From positions 1 to 64,000 of the forward strand of contig NW_020847750.1 of assembly GCF_003704095.1 (NCBI RefSeq): a stretch of DNA of 64,000 bases, written 5' to 3'. The DNA is from Pocillopora damicornis. Its lineage: Eukaryota. Both the position numbers and the translations under genes were made by a program. This document shows positions 1-12,734 of this stretch, one piece after another (positions within the stretch are counted from its first letter, which is position 1; the number at the start of each line of letters is the position of its first letter). The notes under the pieces are model-generated. The model saw nothing but the letters and a program-made list of their open reading frames with translations, was not told the DNA's origin and ran no database searches.

Positions 1-1649
1 GTAACCGCCCCAAACAACTGGCAATTTGTATTCTGAAGATTTGTTTTGTTAATTTTGTCTTTTCCTACAACTCAACAATGTCTGACCCGTCTGGACAATT
101 TAACGCTGTCTTCAATAACCTTTCTTTTCTTTCAGTCCATCGCTCTTACAACTTCAAAAGGCAAGCAATATTTCTGCACGGTTTTCTTTTCTTTTCTAAT
201 ATGGTGGTTTATGAATACCTCCAACCCTATGCACAAGCGCAGGGAACAAAACTTGAATCATCCTACATATCTCATTTCAATAGAGAAGGGATGTCACCGG
301 ACAGTTACATCGGCAATGAGTCATACACGTTACACAAAACTTAAATTCTCAGAATTTTCTTGATGATTATCAATCTAGTTTCCAAAAAACTAGCGAAAGA
401 TATTGCTCATCGACAGTCATATCCTACAGAGTGAAATGACAAGAGTCATCTTTGTGCATCTCGTGTCACCCCAAAATGGTGCAAAAAGTGCTGACAGCAG
501 CTTTTTGTAATTTTGGAATGAATGGGAAATTCCCAAGGAAGACTCCATCTTAAAAGTCCAAAGAGGTCTTCATTTCGCTTTGTCAGATAATGAAGAGGTC
601 AAGAGGGATAGGATTTCTCCCTTCCGTGTCTTCAAATTGAGGAAAACCCCCGTTTTTGTCTCTTCTCGGTGTGTAAACTTTAATGTAAAGCAAATTAATT
701 TAACTCATGCTACCGCTAAATGAATATGATAACAGGCTCACACAGATCACGAAACACATCATGAGCATTCATAGCTTAAACGTTTGGTACTTCGATGACG
801 ATCTCAACGGCTTCTCTTGGGTAAACTGGATCAAAAATTGGAAAATTCGAAATTGACAAACTATTCAGGAGGCAAAATCCAACTGAATTAGCATGACGTA
901 TGGCATGTTGATCATTTCACAAAAAGAGAGTTTTGCGCATTATTTTCTTCTTTCAGCTCTTTTTCGCCATCTTGCTACAACAATTCACATAGAGAATTCG
1001 CAATTCACATAGACCTGTAGACAATTCTCATAGAAAAGATTTTTGTTAGAAAGCTGAAGATGGGTGGGCAACTTCACTTTCTGGTGGAAAGGGTGTCGAG
1101 TTTTGAGAGGGAAAGAATAGTTGAAAATTCGGGAAAAGTGAACCCACGGTCACGATTATTGATAGGAAATGATAGCAGTCAGATAGCGTATAGGTGTGAT
1201 TTTGCAGGCTATCAGCCCTCAAAGTGACTTGATTTTTATCACATGTTTAAAACAGAAGAAAAAAACAAAGAAAAGCGCAATTTCCAAAGTTGTAGTTTAT
1301 ATGACGTGCGATAATTGATGAAAACGTTTTACAATTTTCCCCAGCGTTATTAAATCTTGCGCGTGGATTCTTGATATTCGAGAGAATTTCATTTTTAGCC
1401 GCCTTGTTTTTATTCNNNNNNNNNNNNNNNNNNNNNNNNNNNNNNNNNNNNNNNNNNNNNNNNNNNNNNNNNNNNNNNNNNNNNNNNNNNNNNNNNNNNN
1501 NNNNNNNNNNNNNNNGAGACCCTTACAATATTTCAGATTAAATATAGTTCTATTTTTATTGTTTAACAAATTTCAATTCTTTCAGAAAAACAAAATTAAA
1601 GCAAGGTATCTCTCTATATGGAGCTGTTAGAAAATTTTATCCACAAAAG

Positions 1650-2951
1650 CTAGCTGAAAATGAGAGCCGGAAACTGTCCCCTGGTCACTGAAGTATTATT
1701 GAAGTCACAATTTGATTCACTAAACGTGAATTGCACTCCTCCGGATTCAACTGTTGTTTGTCCCTCAAGTCCGTACCATGAAATGAGACCTTTGAAAACT
1801 GACACTAACGTGTATTGTTTATTTGCTTCCAAACACAGTGCAGACTCAAATAATACATCGAAGCCATGATAGTTGTTCCAAGCGTCCTTTTTTGAGTGAT
1901 AAGTTCCTGATTCTTTTCCAAGACAAGAGTTTTGGACGGTATCTTTAACTTCTGTAAAAACAGTGTGCTTGCCATGTTTTGAGCCAAAATATTGAACTCC
2001 ACGTAACATGATTGGTTTGCTGACAGTGAACTTGATACTATCGGCTTTACTATAGTAACAGCCACTACTAAACTTCTGAAATCGGTTACTTCGCAGATGA
2101 AAGAGTTTACCCCTTCTGGTTTTCTTAAATGGCAAAGGCGACTTTAGGACGCCACAGTAGTGTTTCATCATGGTTCCAACCTCATCAAGAGTAAGAATTT
2201 GAGAATCAATCACAGCTGACACGAACTCCTTCTGTGAAATCAGTGGAAACCTTATTGCCTTTACAATATCTTCTCCAAGAATTTGTCGCTTCATTTCTCC
2301 AACAGGAATTACTCCTTGCCTTTCACATTCTTTTGTAGCCCAAAGATCAGCAGCTTTGAACAGTTCCACTTCCTTTACCTTTAACGTTCTCCTCTTCACA
2401 ACAGATTTAAGCACAGATCGCTCAACTGTAACAAATTCGTCTGACGTCACAGCCTCTTCTGTATGCATCTCGATCACGTTCCAGCATCGATCTGCTAAAT
2501 GTTTATCTTTCAATTTCCGAGCGTATGGAAGGATGCAAAAGACGTTGGATGCTTTCAGGTTTTCTCGCAGATATTCTGCACATTTCTGTGCGAGCGAGGA
2601 CACCATATATTTGTTCGCTAAGCAAAACACCTGCATCACATTACTTCCGGTTAAATTCACTCTGTCGGTGTACAAGAAACGAAACAACTCCAACAGACTC
2701 TCGTAATTACAGTCAGGCAGTTCAACAGAGTCTTTAGTCTCTGCCATTTGACCATAGAACATAGTAAAGAACAAAGGGCTACTGATTGCAAGCACAAACT
2801 TGTGAGCTGGAATCACCATCTTTCTTTCACCTTCGCCATTCGATAGTGGAACAACAAATTTTACATCGCTCAACAATTCATTATTGAACATAAGCGTTGT
2901 TCTCTCGACAATAGTTAGGAGTTTCGTCTGCCAATTATCTTCACCAGTCAT
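1650..2951 (-). CDS. Intronless BTB/POZ-BACK-PHR protein (BTBD1/2/3/6-like), 433 aa
   Basis: BTB signature SDVKFVV...IPAHKFVLAISSPLFFTMFYG...LLELFRFLYTD; BACK region ending IRFPLIS; PHR-like C-terminus ending RGQFPALIF. Confidence 0.92.
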   Translation of the reverse strand: MTGEDNWQTKLLTIVERTTLMFNNELLSDVKFVVPLSNGEGERKMVIPAHKFVLAISSPLFFTMFYGQMAETKDSVELPDCNYESLLELFRFLYTDRVNLTGSNVMQVFCLANKYMVSSLAQKCAEYLRENLKASNVFCILPYARKLKDKHLADRCWNVIEMHTEEAVTSDEFVTVERSVLKSVVKRRTLKVKEVELFKAADLWATKECERQGVIPVGEMKRQILGEDIVKAIRFPLISQKEFVSAVIDSQILTLDEVGTMMKHYCGVLKSPLPFKKTRRGKLFHLRSNRFQKFSSGCYYSKADSIKFTVSKPIMLRGVQYFGSKHGKHTVFTEVKDTVQNSCLGKESGTYHSKKDAWNNYHGFDVLFESALCLEANKQYTLVSVFKGLISWYGLEGQTTVESGGVQFTFSESNCDFNNTSVTRGQFPALIFS

Positions 2952-3183
2952 TGCTATGTTCTGCCTTCAGTTCTCTTCACAAATCTTATTCGATACAATG
3001 CACTTTTCTTTGACAGGGAATCAATTTTAAGACAGGTAAGTTGTCGTGACACTTTTTCACCTCCAATCACGCAGAAAAGATTCTTTGTTTCCAGGCTCTT
3101 CAGGTCTTTGCTCGTGCTGTTATGTATGTTTGCATGCATCTAATCGATCGAGATGCTTCCATTTAATGTGATGAATTCGAAAG

Positions 3184-3293
3184 AAACTGTGGTGCTTCGT
3201 CGGTGCAGTGGGCGGCATAACAAGGTAATTTGCTTTTATCGACTCAGTTGAAAATGTAAATTGGCCACCGTAGAGAGTTTCTAAAGCTGACGG
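3184..3293 (-). repeat. Degenerate interspersed repeat fragment; a related copy lies at about 14300-14445 in the opposite orientation
   Basis: Shared blocks (gaaactgtggtgc, aactcagttgataa-like, aattggccac, aaagctgac) match 14300-14445 in reverse complement by eye. Confidence 0.45.
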
Positions 3294-3376
3294 CAAGGTA
3301 GGTACGTCATGTATGGGCACATATTATGTCCTCAATACATATTACCACAACCGCTGACCGACAAATCCAGACGTGT

Positions 3377-3457
3377 GACTTCCGCTCAGATTGTCGAAAC
3401 GTCTGTCACCACTACAGGCAGCAGTCCTTTTTAGGACTACACTCAACCGGATGATCA
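3377..3457 (+). mobile_element. Degenerate Penelope-like terminal repeat fragment (same family as 8733-8950)
   Basis: tgacttccgctcagattgtcgaaacgtctgtcac matches 8867-8900; the CTGANGA hammerhead core is missing. Confidence 0.5.
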
Positions 3458-3478
3458 TCCCTCTTGATCCGTTATTAA

Positions 3479-3687
3479 TCAACCCCTTCACTCCCACGAT
3501 CTCGATATCATTTTTTTCTTCCCTGTTTGCGATACCTTTCTGAACATTTCAGCTCGAAGAGTTATGTGTCAAATCAATAGTTTTCATTGGTAGATGTTTA
3601 ATTTCTAATCACTTTTCTATCAGGAAATTTGTTGGTATTATTGAGAGAAATTACTTGTTGGTCATTGTTGAGAGTTAAAGGGTTTAA
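3479..3687. mobile_element. piggyBac-type MITE, degenerate copy
   Basis: Ends aaccccttcactccc ... gagagttaaagggtttaa; same terminal inverted repeats as the 16.7, 32.6 and 38.7 kb copies. Confidence 0.55.
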
Positions 3688-4117
3688 CGATCATTCTGTT
3701 TTTTCTTTTTTTCTGTTTTTCAAAAATTGTCTCACGAAGCACATGCAGGTTCTCTTCAGTTCATCATTAACACCGGTGGATATCTTATTGTCAAAATTTT
3801 AAGAGTTTTGGGCCAACACCTGACTTATTTGGGATCGACCTATGTGAGAAAGGAGTCCGCAAAAGAGAAACAAAAACAATTAATGACCTCCTCCTTCCAT
3901 ATTCCCCCCTCCCCCCCTCCCCCCCTCTGCCTCTTTCCCTAGACTGGAATATTCGCCCCTTGAATCATCGATGGCAATCACGTACCCGTCAGGCTTATCT
4001 ATAACAGATAAACTGATATTTGATATAATGTTATCATATACAAGTGTTGACGGATAACGCTGATCAGCGATCAGGCCAAGTCAACAGCCACATTATTATT
4101 AATCAACGTACAAGAAT

Positions 4118-7100
4118 ATGTTTATGAACGCTTTTTACCAGCTGATCATCTTAAGCGTGCTTCTATCGTCATCTTCTATAACAGGTAATACGCTGATGTT
4201 TTATTTCCATTTACTTTTCGATTGGAGGATTTCAACAAATATTTATGCTCTAGAAATGATTTATCAAAGATTTGTCGATTTATGTACGTTGCGCCATTCG
4301 CTTTTGATGAATGAAACAAAGCTCAAAGTTTGCGTTAAATAGTTGAGGTCAGTCAGGTGTAGCTACATGTAACTAAGTATTTGATTTTCTGTACGCAGTA
4401 TCGTCAGGTAAACAATGAGCCTATAATAAAGATGTCATTTTTACTGTTGCCCAATGGCATTGACATTGTGCGGTATTATGGGCTGTTATAAACTGCAACA
4501 AAACGATACTCGCTTAAGATACACGTGATAATTACGTCCGTGTTTTTTGGGGTTCGTTGTCTACTCTCTTTTAATACTCTCTGAACTTTGTACTTCAGTT
4601 TACTTATTGTGAACAATAAAGGATAAACCGCCCGTGGTGTTACACGTCACGCAACGCTCTCTTTCCAGCCGACCGTTACGTGTCATTTCGGCCCTCCTAT
4701 AAACTGCGGACTAAATTTGTATTGGGATGTTTTGTGATACAACTTTATTACAATATAATCAATAATTGCATCTATGTAACTTGAATCAATTGCGCCAAGG
4801 AAGCAAGAAGCGGGATGAGGTAGACGTTTCTCATCTTCACTCTGCCACAAAACGATAGACACATTTTCCATAACATTCCTGTATTGAAATTAACGGATTG
4901 AAGGAAAACAACTCTGCTAAACCATGAAGAAGGAGGGTCGAGTTATATTTCATGGTGTCACCGAGCGACTTGTGTCTAGACGAGAAAAACATCATGAGGG
5001 CAATTTAACACCCTTCCCTCCCCTAGAGCAGTCATTTACGCGAGCGTTGACTCTGCGTTATTAGGACAAGAGCCCAAGTAGTTTTAACTGTGAGTGAAAC
5101 TTTTGATTGCGTTCCTTAGTCTCTTTCCCCCTCTTTACATAGGGATGATCAGTTGGCCTGAAGGACTGTATGGATTACCAATGGCCATCAATGGCTGTCC
5201 CGTCGACCCATCTATCAACTGGAAAACTGGGACGCTGTACCAAGACTGCGAGGACACGGACCCACGAACGCAACATTCGCCCGACCTCCATTTAAACGCT
5301 TTCGTCAAATATGGAGACGTACAGCGGTCATTTTGTATGAAAACATCTTCTGTGAATGATTCCAACCGGGACCAGTGGCCCTCAGGGAAGTACTGTATTT
5401 ATCTGTGGGGGAAAACCTGCCCCTCGGGTATGCTTGAAGGTTGGGTCCAGTGGGACGACGAGAATACCATCATAATTTACAATAAAAACACGAGAAGGGG
5501 AACGTTACCAACAGGAGTTTACGGCCAGGATACGTAAGTACTCACTGAGTGGTTAAGTCACCACATTGTACATAATTATGTTCAAGTGCATTTGTACTTT
5601 AAAAGTTTTAAGTTCACCGATGATCTTTTATCAGCTAAATCGGCCATAAACCAAAAATTGTTTAAAGTAATTTCTCGAGAACCATAAAGGATATTTTTTA
5701 AATTCGCCAAACTTCAAATCGCCTGAGAAAGGCAAGCAGTTAAGCGATCAAAATTTTGTGCTCATTGATCATATAATTCCAGGTCTCGATTTAGAAACGT
5801 AAAATCTTTTAAAATCTACTCTCGTCAATTTTTTTATTTATTTATTTATTTCATGTTATCTTTGCAGCAGCCTTTTTTAGATTTTCATTTGTTTTGGCTA
5901 TTGACTTGCTTTACAGCTATGATTTTGTAATTATTAGGGACCACTCATTATTAATCGCCGGGGAGGGTTGGGAGACCACATGGTTTTTTAGGAAGAATGG
6001 AGGGGGGATCAGTTGTCGCCTACAGAGTATAGAGAGGGGACTATAGAAAATTGACTGCCAATGTGGGGAGGGTCATAAGAATATTACAGAGCCTAATCGC
6101 CTCTCGGCGGGAGAGGGGTAAGGTAAATTTTGTCGTGACACCGTCAAAATCCTTCAATTCCCCTCCCCTTCCCCCCCTTCCCGACCAGATGACAAATAAT
6201 GACTAGCCCCTTCTCTTATTTCAACATCATGTGCTGTGCTGTGCATGCGCAGACCCTATATGTAATGTACTGTCTTCGTTCCAATAGACGTATCTCTTAC
6301 TGCTGCAGTGTTCTTGGCTCGACCCAGACTCCCATCGATCTTCCGTTGACTTCGCCATTCTATCTGATAGCCTATGGTAGCAAAGTCTGCCAGTTGGTTA
6401 GGGGGGCGCAGTCTAGTCTAGAATACATATTTTACGAAACAGAATACTCGACTTTCATGACGAAAAACGATTATGGTGGTGCTCATCCCTATGGTGTGAC
6501 GAGAGACCCGCAAGGCCAAATGATCTTCTACTGCTATTATAGACGTGAGTTACAATTTATATTCTGAATTAAAACAGCGATCATCATCAGCTTTCTACAT
6601 GAGAGCACGTCAAAGAAAATCGATATTTTTTCAACAAACCGTAAACTCCAAAATGATTACAATTTTTGTATTATTTCGTACAATCTCTTATTCATAATTA
6701 TGATTAGCCCACTTTGCCTCGATCGCATCCTCTAAATTCAAAATAATATTGTAAGCTTTAGACAAGGCAAAGAAGGTAAATTATCATGAAGAAAAAATAA
6801 TGACGTACTTCCTCCATTTCGAAATAAGGTGTATTCCATCCAAATCCCCTCCTGTGATGTACCACGTGAACAAAAAAACGCTGAACCTGGGAACAAGAAC
6901 TTGCTCAAGTACGAGGCTTTAACTCGAACGATTTTGGACCTGAATTTTTAGATAGAGCTCTTTATAATGTTTTCTTTCTTTTTCGTTTTTTTCTTTTTTT
7001 TTGGTCTTAAATGCAGCTATCCATTGTCCAGCATTAAGAAAACCTGACAACGGAATGTTAAAACCAGCTCACTGTGGCGAAAATAATGAAACTACGTTTA

Positions 7101-8227
7101 ATGGCACATGTACGGTAACGTGCAATAGCGGGTACATACCTAAGAATCCCGCGGGACAAATCACGTCATGTTTGGAGAACGGAACCTGGAGCATACCCAT
7201 CGTCACTGGCTGTATACGTAAGTATTGCATTATGGGATAAACTGCTCGCTCATTAATTCTTAACCTACAGTAACAGTAAAAATGTATCTAAGTTTGTATA
7301 CTTTTACAGAAACTTGGATCCAATGTGATCCTCAAACTTTACCCATGGGGAAATTTGTGGTGCAAGTTATTAGGCAAAAAAAAAACTAGAAAGGAAAAAC
7401 TCTATTCACAGTACAAGCCGGATGAAGACCCCTCATTTTGATCCGTACATCTGCTAAACACGGGCAGCTAACTGTCTTAAGGGTATTTGTTCGTAAGAGA
7501 CTCGTTTGTGTACGATGATCTACGCCTGGCGCCGCTAAATCTAGTTGAAACCAACAGTTTTACATTTTGCTCCATTCTCAGCCGCTTCTATGATAGCAGC
7601 TTCATCTAGTATGATGACCCGAACCAGTACAATTCAACCAACAACAGTCTCGAAAACTTATCCAAGTACTCTATGCTTCACGACTTATTCTACTACAAAG
7701 TCTTCNNNNNNNNNNNNNNNNNNNNNNNNNNNNNNNNNNNNNNNNNNNNNNNNNNNNNNNNNNNNNNNNNNNNNNNNNNNNNNNNNNNNNNNNNNNNNNN
7801 NNNNNCCCTTTCCCCCTCCCCCTCTCTCATTATCCTTCCCTCTTTCCCCTTCCGACTTTCAACGCCTAGAATCGAGCAACGAACTTCTCTCTAATCCATT
7901 ATGGCTGGGTAAAATTGTGATTAATCGTCTCTATCAGTGAGCAGAGACGGATTTTTAAAAAAGCACGTACAGACAGGCACGCGCTGAAACTAGATTATAT
8001 TACTTTTGATCTGCCAGAATTTTTATGATTGGCACTATCCCTTGCTTGCTTTTCTAGTTTATCGTTTGCTGAAGGAAGAGAAGAGGAGAAGAACAAAGAG
8101 AGTGAAAGTCATCTTCATTACAAAACAATCACGTGAACGAATTGCCTTCACTCAACCTCGCTTTTTGCCACAGCTGTGGTTTCCCACCAAAGGAGACAAA
8201 ATACAGGAGGGAGAGCCTTTTTTTTGA
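4118..8227 (+). CDS. Apextrin-like (ApeC) + Sushi/CCP + Ser/Thr stalk protein, probably a type I membrane protein. Exons 4118-4184, 5143-5533, 6288-6544, 7017-7217, 7582-(gap at 7706), 8058-8227
   Basis: Signal peptide exon; ApeC motifs WPEGLYGLP..GCP, WPSGKYCIY, WDDEN, LPTGVYGQDT|RISYCC, PFYL..CQ.V.G, YCYY; Sushi CPAL.KPDNG...CNSGY...CLENGTWS; Thr-rich exon. Visible junctions are GT/AG and in phase (1,2,1,1). The last exon starts with a basic cluster; its link across the gap is inferred. Confidence 0.82.
5936..6211. mobile_element. MITE-like element in an ApeC intron
   Basis: Imperfect inverted termini agggaccactcattatt ... aataatgactagcccct, with G-rich and C-rich subterminal arms. Confidence 0.4.
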
Positions 8228-8732
8228 AAGCAGCATTTGAAGCTTTGATTTCTGTTCTATAAAGAAAAGCACTGTGGGCCTTTGGCGAAATTTTTGACGT
8301 GATGAGAAGATAATTTTGTGTATTTGGCTAAATGATTGCCAAAATTTACACAATAAAACTGCTGAAAATATTCAGTTTTGTAAAGATTAAAAGTTATACT
8401 CAAATATTGTTGTAAAGATTGACGTAAGACATATTCTGGCTTCAAACAGGTTTGAGTTAACCCTGATCGTTGAAAATAGCGATGTTATTCTTTACCGTTG
8501 TCGAGTAGTTGAGAGCGCCCTTCCGCATTGGTGGAGTGCAAAGAAAAAAAGGAACGTTTCCGCATTAAGTGTTAACCGTGTTGCTAAAATGGAAACATTT
8601 TTCTCTGCATTAATTTTTTCTTTATTTTCTTTGATTGGTTTAAAAAGTGAATAAATAATGGCGAGAAGTTGTATTTCAAATCTCTTGATAATGCTTTTTG
8701 TTACTTGAACAAACACTCAAGTTGTGTGTGAT

Positions 8733-8950
8733 AGTGTGGTTTGATCGTCTGAGTGAGTGAGTGTAGTCCGGAGAAGGACTTTTGCAGGTAGTTGTGACTG
8801 AAGTTTCGACAACCAGCTGAGCGGACGTCAGTCGACTGACAAAAACAACTCACTTGACGCTGATGATTACTTCCGCTCAAGCTGTCGAAACGTCAGTCAC
8901 TTCCCCAGACAACTATACTACACTATTACCGGGTTCAAACCATTTACTGT
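8733..8950. mobile_element. Penelope-like inverted terminal repeat remnant carrying a hammerhead ribozyme motif
   Basis: Inverted arms gtgactgaagtttcgacaacc.gctgagcgga / ttccgctcaagctgtcgaaacgtcagtcac; tail ccgggttcaaaccattta shared with about 32478-32500. Confidence 0.55.
8855..8899 (+). ncRNA. Minimal type I hammerhead ribozyme-like motif
   Basis: tgacg-CTGATGA-ttacttccgctcaagctgtc-GAAA-cg-TC-agtca: intact core, stem I tgac/gtca, tiny palindromic stem III, weakened stem II. Confidence 0.5.
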
Positions 8951-9026
8951 GCTGTACTTGTGTGTTGATCAATTTTTGTCTGCCTGAGGCGTAGGCGACA
9001 AGTCAAGGAAGAAAGCTTTGATCAAA

Positions 9027-9146
9027 GTCAGTATCTGAGCAACTGCGGACCTACCCCTCCCCTAAACCAACATGAACCCTAACTCGTGATAAGTTGACTG
9101 TTGCTGGGTTGGAGGGGGGAGCTGCGCGGTTGCTCTGATACTAAAA
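9027..9146. mobile_element. Short hairpin MITE
   Basis: Inverted termini tcagtatctgagcaactgcg / cgcggttgctctgatactaa with internal cccctccc / ggaggggg arms. Confidence 0.55.
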
Positions 9147-9328
9147 TTGAACCAAACATGTCATGCTTTTGAAATGGTTGAACGTCACTGAGGAAGCTTT
9201 CATATTAATTATCAATACATATAAGTAAGTGTGGTTTAAGAGATCGTGGCTGAGCAGATGCTAATAAGACGAAATATCTCTCGTTGCATTCATCGGTATC
9301 CTGCAAGAAAGGAAACGACTGCAGAACG

Positions 9329-10273
9329 ATGGCGGCAAATAATTTAACAGGGGAGAGAACACAAACGAGAACATTTCAAGAACTGCGCTGCTCCCCTTCC
9401 TTAGCAAGTGGATTACAACAACAGTCAATTTATCTCGCTACAGTCAACATTTTTCTCTCCGTCACAGCATTAATCGGGAATTCTCTTATCCTTGTTGCTC
9501 TTCGCAAGGAATCTTCCCTCCATCCGCCATCCAAAGTCTTGTATCTTTGTCTGGCAACAACTGATCTGTTCGTTGGTCTTCTTAGCCAGCCTCTGTATGT
9601 TACTCATTGGATGTCCTTGGTTCAAGAACACTGGAGTCTTTGTCGACTCGCAATTGACGCAGTCTCCATGACAGGCTTCACTTTATGTACAGTGTCTTTG
9701 TTGACGATGGCGGCCATAAGCGTGGACAGACTTCTCGCCCTATTGTTGGGGCTGAGATACAGACAAATCGTAACTTTGAAGCGCATGTATGCCTTGGTAG
9801 CTACCTTCTGGGTGCTATCCAGTCTCGCTGGGTTGTGTTACATGCTAGATCACCGCATAACCATTTGGTATGGCCAGACAACTAGGATATTTGGCCTCGT
9901 AATCCCAATTGCCTCGTACACAAAGATTTTCCGCACTCTCAGTCATCATGAGGCTCAAGCACAGGATCATATTCAACAACAGCCAAGCCGAGCAATTCAA
10001 CTGAACATAGCGCAATATAGAAAAGCAGTGCACAGTGCACTGTGGGTGCAGTTAGCATTAGTTGTTTGTTATGTGCCTATGAGTATGGTGGAAATTGGTA
10101 CGGCTTTTAGTAAAACATATTCATCGCAATTAATCGTTATTAGGGGAATAGCAGTAACTTTGGTCTTCTTTAACTCAACGGTGAACCCATTTCTTTACTG
10201 CTGGAGGATAAGTGAAGTAAGACTAGCAATAAAGCAATCAATCAGACAAGCACTTCGCTGTCCACGATGTTAG
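9329..10273 (+). CDS. Intronless orphan class A GPCR (cnidarian melanocortin/adenosine-receptor-like expansion)
   Basis: Seven hydrophobic segments; GN in TM1, LAxxD in TM2, DRL in TM3, CYVP in TM6, NPFLY in TM7. First ATG is 9329 (the ORF track starts at a TTG). Confidence 0.92.
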   Translation: MAANNLTGERTQTRTFQELRCSPSLASGLQQQSIYLATVNIFLSVTALIGNSLILVALRKESSLHPPSKVLYLCLATTDLFVGLLSQPLYVTHWMSLVQEHWSLCRLAIDAVSMTGFTLCTVSLLTMAAISVDRLLALLLGLRYRQIVTLKRMYALVATFWVLSSLAGLCYMLDHRITIWYGQTTRIFGLVIPIASYTKIFRTLSHHEAQAQDHIQQQPSRAIQLNIAQYRKAVHSALWVQLALVVCYVPMSMVEIGTAFSKTYSSQLIVIRGIAVTLVFFNSTVNPFLYCWRISEVRLAIKQSIRQALRCPRC

Positions 10274-12734
10274 ATCCTCCACGATTTACAATCGTGCTGA
10301 TGTTTTCAAAGCTGACTTAAAGAGTCTCATTTATTATTAGAGAAAACTCGTTGTGCAAGAAGAAACGAGAATCAAAAGAAGAGAATAAAATTAATTGCAG
10401 AACTCCGTTCAATTGAATGTACACAAGACTAACATCTTTCGTGTTTCGTGCTTCCTTCTTGATCATGGATACAACTTGTGATTTAATTACAAATAAACAT
10501 GCGTGCACGGTTTAGAAACAAACGGGGTGTTGGATTGATTTTAATATCTCTGCAATCTTCCCGGCAAAATGGAAATAAGTGATAAAAGGGGAGGAAGGTA
10601 GAGGAGATAGAGAGGAAGATAGCTGTTATTTAGCAGTAGTGAACAATTTCAAATTTTCACCGAACAATGAGGAAGCCCCATAATCCCCGTCAAGCCGGTC
10701 ACTAGACTAGCTAGCGACTCGAATTTGTGGACAGTGTTTTATATTACTTATGAAAGTATAAAGATGTTTCTATTTCTAGCAATTGACGTGTAACCGAGCA
10801 CATGAAAGAAATTTGACTTTGTAACACTGGAGGGGTCTTTAAGATCGATCGTTTTTCCGGATAGAATGTTACCGTGGGCGAATAGATTTCGAGGGGAAAG
10901 TGTTATAAACACTGATCCACTAAAAGTTGTTTCCGAGCTGTAATCGTTGTAAGTCTAGGACTTCTTATCTAATAGCGTTCACCAGTCAACTTGCACTTAC
11001 TCTTTTTTTGTCAAGGCCTCTTTAAAACGCATTACCACATGAGAGCAATCCAGAATTTTCTAACATTCAGGTAGAATTTATCCATTTCTCGAGCAAATAA
11101 CATGTCTCCTTGATAAACTACTTATCTTATCGTTCATAAAGTGGTTAAAGAGCGTTCTTTTATCGTAATAAATAATGGAAAAACTGATGTCTTTATGTTT
11201 GCCGACTTAAATTTGAGAATTAACTTTTAAAGTTTATTTACGCTTAAATTCAACTACTACAAATGAAATAAACAGCTGGTTCCCACCAACGCAGTCTGGG
11301 TGGGTCAACAGTCAAAAGGCCAATAACTAGCCGCCAAACTCGTAGAAGATCTTAATGGGGTAGTGACTTTTTAAGCTCACGGTTAAAATTTTTGTCTTTT
11401 CACCGCTAACGGTTTTGAGAAATTTTTCCGTGGAAGTCACCAGAAAATTTTTTAAGGTTAATATTTTTTACGGCTAATGGTTAAAATTTATCAATTTTTA
11501 TGTCCAGCAGCTATTTTTTTTCACTGCTTTACGACTAACAGATAAACCTCATTGAGACCTTTTTTTTACGTACGCCGGAGTCAAGCCCCGCGCTATGTGG
11601 GCAAATGGCACAAATAACATCCTTTTACAGATCCTTTTTGATAAATTTACAGCAAAAAAACAGAACTGACTTCTCTCAGGAAACACTTTCGGTGTCGTCA
11701 AACGTGTCTTCAAACGTCAGCTAGCCGTGAGTTTTAGAGTGAGTTCCACATTAACGAGTCACTCAGCCGTTATCGCTTAATATGCAATTTAAAAGATATT
11801 TGTTTTCAACCCTGAAGTATAAAAATTGACTCGGTGGGCAGCACTGAAAACTTGTAGTGATGAAAAGTAGGTTTTAAATACACAAAAAAGTTCTGTCCGG
11901 ATCCGTCTGAGACAGAAATATTCCGAAAGTTTTCAATAAAAAAAAATTAGAACCCTGTTTAAAAGATAAGCTAATATAACAGCTCATTGCTCTACATTAC
12001 GTAAATTATTGTGCCTACAGCAGCAGCAATTTGCATGTAGGAAATTGGCAAAATATGTATGTCTGAAATATTTTGCGAAATGTGCCAATGGTTGAAGAAA
12101 GAAGAGTGTGAAAAAGTGAAGCGTTATCAACAATAAGTAACTCGTCATTCAGAAAAACTTAACCAGCAACCGTCAAATGACCTAAAATTAAATCGTTTCC
12201 AGTCAGAGATATAACTCCACACATAAGACCCTCCTCTGAAACACTGCAAGAATATCTGGACCCAATCACCAATCGTACCGCTTGTATTCCTCGTTATAAC
12301 TCTGTTTCTATTAACCTGCCATCGTACCCACATAAAAACCCACTTCTAATCCCGATTATACAGTGTAAAAAAGACAGTTGCAACGAACTTGCTTTTAAGA
12401 ATGTAAAAAATGTAAGGTTAAAAGTGATATTACAGGCATGTTAAGTTGTTTTTATTGGAGAAGTATTTTAGCACCTGTGGTTTTTCCTCAGGAAATAAAA
12501 TACACAGTAAGACATGCGTTGAGCAAAAGAATTCGCGTGAAAGTCCTTCGAAGCAATTTGACGCGCGTGAAACTGTTCCCAATTGTCACGTCTTTTCGTG
12601 GTAGGCAGCTTTGGCGCGTTCGAATGTTCTTCGAATGTTCTTGAGTGTGAGACAATATATGTCTGTGTGTACAGTATTGTACAGAATAGTAATACAGTTA
12701 ACTCCTTTTTACTCTGTGAAGAACACAGCAGTCA

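Noticed and set aside
1-700. Short ORFs 46-363 and 78-344; the minus strand looks vaguely coding
   Set aside because: No recognisable motif and multiple stops in manual translation; possibly a decayed transposon, but unsupported.
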